From positions 1-30,320 of the IMG/VR virus record IMGVR_UViG_3300020352_000023: DNA of 30,320 bases. One strand, 5' to 3'. The translations under genes and the position numbers were made by a program. The stretch is from a virus (taxonomy: Duplodnaviria; Caudoviricetes). Of this stretch, positions 25,682 through 30,320 are shown one piece after another; position 1 is the stretch's first letter, and each line of letters opens with the position of its first letter. The notes beneath the pieces are model-generated. The model had not been told where the DNA came from, ran no database searches, and was given only the letters and a program-made list of their open reading frames with translations.

Positions 25682-26890
25682 TTAGTTAAATTTTCTAGTT
25701 TTTATTTTAAGTTTTGTAGAATCAGCACCTGAAATAGCTTTAACTTTAAATCCGTCAATAAACACGTCTCCTTGACTAGTCCTAGCTTTAGTGTCAGTAA
25801 GGTTTTTAGATTTGTTTACAACGTCTTTTACGGCATCTGCTTTTCCTTGCTCATAAAAATGAGAGGCAATCTTATCTACGTTTTCAGCAGCATACATAGC
25901 CTTATGATAACCATTAACGTCTTTAACATTACCATTTTCGTCTAGGAACTTCCCAACGAGGTTTGTTATATTAGACTGATTTTCTGCAACTTTATCTTTG
26001 TTTTGAATATTATACTTATATTTCTTTTCACCAACACTGATATCAAAACCTTTGAAATCATCGCTAAAAAGCTTTTTTGTATTATCTTTAAACGTTTGAT
26101 GCTGTTGCTCAGCTTGTTCTTGTTGCTTGTTGTATCTATTGAAAAAGTCCATAGCTTTTTGTTGTTCCTGAGTAACGCCCGGTCTCAACTTGATCTCGTC
26201 GTAATATTTACTCTTTGTTTCCTCTAAAAAGTTTTTGGCTTTTGCAACTTCTTCTTTAAACGCAAGTTTCTTTTTTCTCGCGTCTCTTTCCTCGTCTATG
26301 TCTTCATCTATAACAAAATCTTCTAATAAAAGATCTATATCATCAGACTCTAAATAAGGCTTATTTTTTTTGTAATACTCTTTTAGTAAAGTAACATCGT
26401 CAATGCTAGAGTAATCAGCGTTTAAACGAGTATAATCTTCTATTGTACCACCAGTTTCTTCCATGAACGAAACTAGCTTTTCAATATTTTCAGGCAATGG
26501 TTTGCCTAATACTTTCTCATCTCTTACAGCTTCTTTAACTTCAGCTTCAACTTGTTTGACTTCGGCTTCTGTTACTTCTTGGATCGGAGAAAACCCTTCA
26601 GTAGTCTCGTTGGACTCTTGTACAGGTTCTCCCACCGTTTTGCTATCTCCGGATGATTCTTCCACAGATACCTTCTCTGTTTCTCCGATTTGAATGGCAT
26701 CGTTTTCTTGTTTTGGTATTATCACTTTTTTAACGTCTGGCTCTAATTCAACCAAAGGTTCTTTAGGATTTACGTTAACTTTAGTTACGTTGTCCTTAGT
26801 TTCGTTTAATTTCTTAGGTGTTTTCTTTTTTGTTTTTAATTTAAACTCACCTTCCTGTTTAACAGGTTCATTTGTTTTTACTTCTGACAT
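25682..26890 (-). CDS. Probable capsid scaffolding/assembly protein, 402 aa
   Basis: Acidic low-complexity N-terminus, coiled coil and HFYEQGKADAVK motif; lies between the portal and capsid genes. Confidence 0.7.
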   Translation of the reverse strand: MSEVKTNEPVKQEGEFKLKTKKKTPKKLNETKDNVTKVNVNPKEPLVELEPDVKKVIIPKQENDAIQIGETEKVSVEESSGDSKTVGEPVQESNETTEGFSPIQEVTEAEVKQVEAEVKEAVRDEKVLGKPLPENIEKLVSFMEETGGTIEDYTRLNADYSSIDDVTLLKEYYKKNKPYLESDDIDLLLEDFVIDEDIDEERDARKKKLAFKEEVAKAKNFLEETKSKYYDEIKLRPGVTQEQQKAMDFFNRYNKQQEQAEQQHQTFKDNTKKLFSDDFKGFDISVGEKKYKYNIQNKDKVAENQSNITNLVGKFLDENGNVKDVNGYHKAMYAAENVDKIASHFYEQGKADAVKDVVNKSKNLTDTKARTSQGDVFIDGFKVKAISGADSTKLKIKTRKFN

Positions 26891-26921
26891 AATATAATAT
26901 AATTAAATAATTAAATAACGT

Positions 26922-29303
26922 TTACATAAAAGCGTTAACGTCTTGTTGTTGCTCAAAGTTAATAGGTAGGCCATCGTTTTTTCTTTGGCTTATCATTTCA
27001 CTTTGTTGAGTTGCTTGCATTTGGGTTCTTTTGTCTTTACGATCTTCTATTTGAGCTTCTTTTTTATCTGAGCTTTGAACCTCCATTTGCTTTAGCTGCA
27101 TATTAAACTGATGCTGTACTTGCATTTTCTGCTGATCAAGTTGAGCTTGAATTTCCATTTTCTTAATTTCCATTTCGGTTCTAGCTTGCTCGTACTGAAC
27201 TTTTGATCCGCTTATAGCTTCCTGTTTTTGAACCTCAGCCATTGCTGTTTTTTCAGCTGTTTCAGCTTGAGCAGCGGCTTGAGCTTGTATGTTAGACTGC
27301 TGTATTTCCATGTCTTGCTTTTGCTTACGCTTACGTTTTATTTTAAGCATTTGGTTAGCAAGTTTGAGATTTTTTATTTGTCTTACGTCAATAGCGTCAT
27401 CTAAATCTATACCTCCATTTTGTAAAGCAATTTGTATGTTTTGCTCTAGCTTAGCCTCTTCTTCTTCATCTGGTTCTAATTCTAAGAATATACCAAAATC
27501 GTGTAGGTTCAAGCTTTCTATTTGTTCTAAAGTTTTTACGTTAAAAGATGATATTGAGTTCTTAAGAGATTCAGCAGTTAAAGGAAACTCTAAAGCATCT
27601 GCTATTTTTAGTGAAATATTTTCTGCTATTTTAAGAGTTATATAAAGACTAGACTGATTAATATGCTTAGTTGCTGTATTAGATGCGCTAGCCGCTAACT
27701 TCTGAAGTCCTACAAGGGTGTTACGATCTGGCAAGCTACCATCTCTAGCTTCGTTAAGCCCTGTTACGTCACGTATCATTTGTAAGTAATACTGGTAAGT
27801 ATTAATTAAACTAGATATCTTAGCACCGCCATTACTACTTTGTAACTCTTGAATAGGTACTTTTCCTCTGTTAAGTTCACCATCTTGTGTAAGCGATCTA
27901 CCAACAATACTACCAGTTTGAAAGTACATATTTAATGCCTCTGCAGGATTATAATTTGTGCCATTACCTAAGTCAACTTCAGCTAAGCCGTCCATGTCTA
28001 AGTAAACACCATCAGGCACTATTCTAGACAAAACTTGTTGAAGCTTTAAATGAGTTAGTTGTATCATATCAGCAAAACCAATACACTTACTAACTAAAGA
28101 ATCAATTCTTCCTTTATACATTCTTGGTGCACAAATAGAATAATTCATTTCTACTTTAGTAGTATCAGCATAAGGTCTTGACATATTTTCTGCTAATTCC
28201 CACTTAAGCATTGTATCTGTTCCTAGCACTTTAGCCCCAGTGTATAAAACCTCTATAGATCTTGAAACTCTTTCAAAATTATCATTTTCTGGTGGATTAA
28301 ATGTATCTGGCTTTTCAATAGCTTTTAATAATCCTTGATCAGTTTGTTTTATTTTAAACACCTGGTTGTGGTATGTCTTATAGTCAAAATACATAATTTG
28401 AACAGTGTTCTCATCATAGCCGTTATAACCAGTAACATATTGTCTGTTTCCAGGCATTTTCTGTATACGCTCAAGTTCCTCGTTAGATATATGTGGAAAT
28501 TCTTTTTTAAGCTCTGGTATTGTTATAGACTTAACTTCGCCTACATAATATATATCTTGGAAATTAGGATCTTCTGTGTATGAGTATACCATGTAAGCAG
28601 GATCTACATAATCAACAGTAATACCGTTAGCTGTATTGAAGCTTGTTTTACTAGCAGCAATACCACACACGGTTAAATCCATATTTAATCTTCTACGGAT
28701 AAGATCATATTTATTTTGAGCAAAAACAGTTGTTATAGCTTCTTCTTCTGCTATTTCTACAGATTGCTTGTAACTAAGCTGCATATGAAGCTCCAGCTCT
28801 TCTTGAGTTTCTGGTATTAAATCTGGATTAGGCGTTTGATATAAATCAATACCTAGCACTTGCTTTATGTTTTCTATGTAGTCTTTAGCAAGCATGTCCT
28901 CATATATCTTAGAAGCATAAGAAGTTCTTTTCTGAACAGAGCTTGGGTCTTGAGCGTATGCTTTTATTTCATAAGCTTTTTGAGATATACCGTTAACTAC
29001 TATGTCTACAAATTTAGATAAAATAGGTACAGGTTTCCAGTCTAAATTAAGATAAGACAAATCACCATTAATAGATAATTCATCTTTGTATTTTTGTATA
29101 GGCTGCTCTCCTCTAGCGTATAATCTTAGCGTGTTAAAGTTATTCCAGTTAGTTAGGTATCTATTACCGCTGGTTCTACCTGATTTAAACCACTCATATT
29201 CAATAGCCATAGCAACTTGGCTGCCGTATTCCAAACTTGCTTTTTCAGCATCGCTTACTACTTGACTTGGAAAAGCGCTATTTGAGTTAGTATATATATT
29301 CAT
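26922..29303 (-). CDS. Portal protein, 793 aa
   Basis: Follows the terminase. Motifs PVPILSKFVDIVVNG and IRDVTGLNEARDG, with a long Gln-rich C-terminal coiled coil (barrel) as in podovirus portals. Confidence 0.88.
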   Translation of the reverse strand: MNIYTNSNSAFPSQVVSDAEKASLEYGSQVAMAIEYEWFKSGRTSGNRYLTNWNNFNTLRLYARGEQPIQKYKDELSINGDLSYLNLDWKPVPILSKFVDIVVNGISQKAYEIKAYAQDPSSVQKRTSYASKIYEDMLAKDYIENIKQVLGIDLYQTPNPDLIPETQEELELHMQLSYKQSVEIAEEEAITTVFAQNKYDLIRRRLNMDLTVCGIAASKTSFNTANGITVDYVDPAYMVYSYTEDPNFQDIYYVGEVKSITIPELKKEFPHISNEELERIQKMPGNRQYVTGYNGYDENTVQIMYFDYKTYHNQVFKIKQTDQGLLKAIEKPDTFNPPENDNFERVSRSIEVLYTGAKVLGTDTMLKWELAENMSRPYADTTKVEMNYSICAPRMYKGRIDSLVSKCIGFADMIQLTHLKLQQVLSRIVPDGVYLDMDGLAEVDLGNGTNYNPAEALNMYFQTGSIVGRSLTQDGELNRGKVPIQELQSSNGGAKISSLINTYQYYLQMIRDVTGLNEARDGSLPDRNTLVGLQKLAASASNTATKHINQSSLYITLKIAENISLKIADALEFPLTAESLKNSISSFNVKTLEQIESLNLHDFGIFLELEPDEEEEAKLEQNIQIALQNGGIDLDDAIDVRQIKNLKLANQMLKIKRKRKQKQDMEIQQSNIQAQAAAQAETAEKTAMAEVQKQEAISGSKVQYEQARTEMEIKKMEIQAQLDQQKMQVQHQFNMQLKQMEVQSSDKKEAQIEDRKDKRTQMQATQQSEMISQRKNDGLPINFEQQQDVNAFM

Positions 29304-30320
29304 TTAACTTATTATTTTTGATGAATTACCCCTGTTGTCGTATCTTTTTATTCCAAGATCTACAGGTTCTAATTTAATTTTGTTTACTGGAGAATATCTA
29401 TGCTTGTTACAAGCCATTAAAGCTAAACCGGAGCTAATAGAAGCATCATGTCTTGTTCTATTGTTTATATTAAATTTAGCCCAGTCTTCTAGCGTTCTTT
29501 GAAAATACATATCGCCATATCCTGATTCTTTTAATCCTACAAATGTTTCTATGTAAGTCTCAATAGCAGACGCGTGAGCCTGCTTTATATCTTCACTTGA
29601 GTTAGGTATGCCACCTAATTCTCTTTCTGTTATAGACAGTTTGTTGTATCTTCTATCAGGTCTGTTCATTGAAAAGCCTCTATAGCCTCTTTTTTTAAAA
29701 TAATATAATAATCTAGGTTTATTGTTTTCTGCTAGTATTGGCATGCCGTAAAAAACACAGGCCATGAGCACATCTTCAAAAAATGTTTCAGCAGTTTGTG
29801 GTCTTGCTATATATTCTAAAAAGAAATGATTAGGCGGCACGTCTTCCATTGAAAACTTAGTAAGACCGTGTAAAGATCCTTTAGAACCTCTCTTGTCTAC
29901 TGTACCTGATATATCATATGGATCACATCCAAACGCACCCATAAAGTCATTGCCTGGGTAATTAGTGCCATTTTTTTTATAACGTTTATTCTGTATGTGA
30001 GATGGCGGTACCCAACTTACTTTAAATCTACCGTTTTTATTTGGAACAAATATAACACTTGTATCTTGCTCAGCGTTTTGCCATTGAAAACTACCCTGTG
30101 TTACATTTATAGAATTACGCATATCCTCGTTAAAATCTATTTGCTCGTATATCTTAGTTAGATTAAATAAAGATTCTTTTGACTCATCTCTAAAAGCGTG
30201 CTTAGTTGTGCGTGGAAATTGTCTATAAAATTCATTTAAAGCGTCTTGGTCTTTTTTAAGACCATCAACCTCATTGTCCCAATATTCTATTACACCAAAA
30301 TCTATTTGCTCGCCCTGCGG
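29304..30320 (-). CDS. terL: Terminase large subunit, C-terminal nuclease region (5'-truncated)
   Basis: The frame stays open to the window edge (PQGEQIDFGVIEYW...FYRQFPRT..HAFRDE). RNase H-like acidic motifs FGCDPYD, AENN and HDASISSG; directly upstream of the portal. Confidence 0.88.
   Translation of the reverse strand, partial: PQGEQIDFGVIEYWDNEVDGLKKDQDALNEFYRQFPRTTKHAFRDESKESLFNLTKIYEQIDFNEDMRNSINVTQGSFQWQNAEQDTSVIFVPNKNGRFKVSWVPPSHIQNKRYKKNGTNYPGNDFMGAFGCDPYDISGTVDKRGSKGSLHGLTKFSMEDVPPNHFFLEYIARPQTAETFFEDVLMACVFYGMPILAENNKPRLLYYFKKRGYRGFSMNRPDRRYNKLSITERELGGIPNSSEDIKQAHASAIETYIETFVGLKESGYGDMYFQRTLEDWAKFNINNRTRHDASISSGLALMACNKHRYSPVNKIKLEPVDLGIKRYDNRGNSSKIIS

Noticed and set aside
40-28583. 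Many short plus-strand ORFs and the nested minus-strand ORF 3054..3293
   Set aside because: They are shadows of long minus-strand genes, mostly with non-ATG starts and antisense-type composition.
1-30320. Stop-codon reassignment as in some crAss-like phages
   Set aside because: Genes are long and densely packed under code 11, and TAG (22418) and TGA (1233) act as stops at tight gene junctions.
1-30320. CRISPR array, tRNA, integrase, or DGR/reverse transcriptase
   Set aside because: None was seen by eye. Intergenic gaps are under ~80 nt, and the tail repeats are diverged protein modules rather than TR/VR nucleotide pairs.

Overview
This window is an AT-rich tailed-phage segment with every credible gene on the minus strand. 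It covers a podovirus-type virion morphogenesis, ejection and lysis module. Reading right to left: terminase large subunit (5'-truncated), portal, scaffold-like protein, major capsid protein, three head-tail/adaptor-type genes, two tail 'stabilization/nozzle' genes carrying repeated ~70-aa beta modules, two small ejection-type proteins and a 3289-aa polyvalent protein. These are followed by small basic/Cys-rich ORFs around a holin-like gene and an M15 peptidase, and a terminal hairpin. Gene order and SD-less, A-rich start regions suggest a Bacteroidota (Flavobacteriia-like) phage; this is inference. The most striking feature is in the giant protein: a complete zeta-toxin/AAA_33-like P-loop kinase is inserted inside a HAD phosphatase, next to a zincin-like HExxxH motif and a possible EHxxP nuclease motif. 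This points to a virion-delivered kinase/phosphatase (PNKP-like) effector. Family assignments come from motif reading and recall, not database searches.
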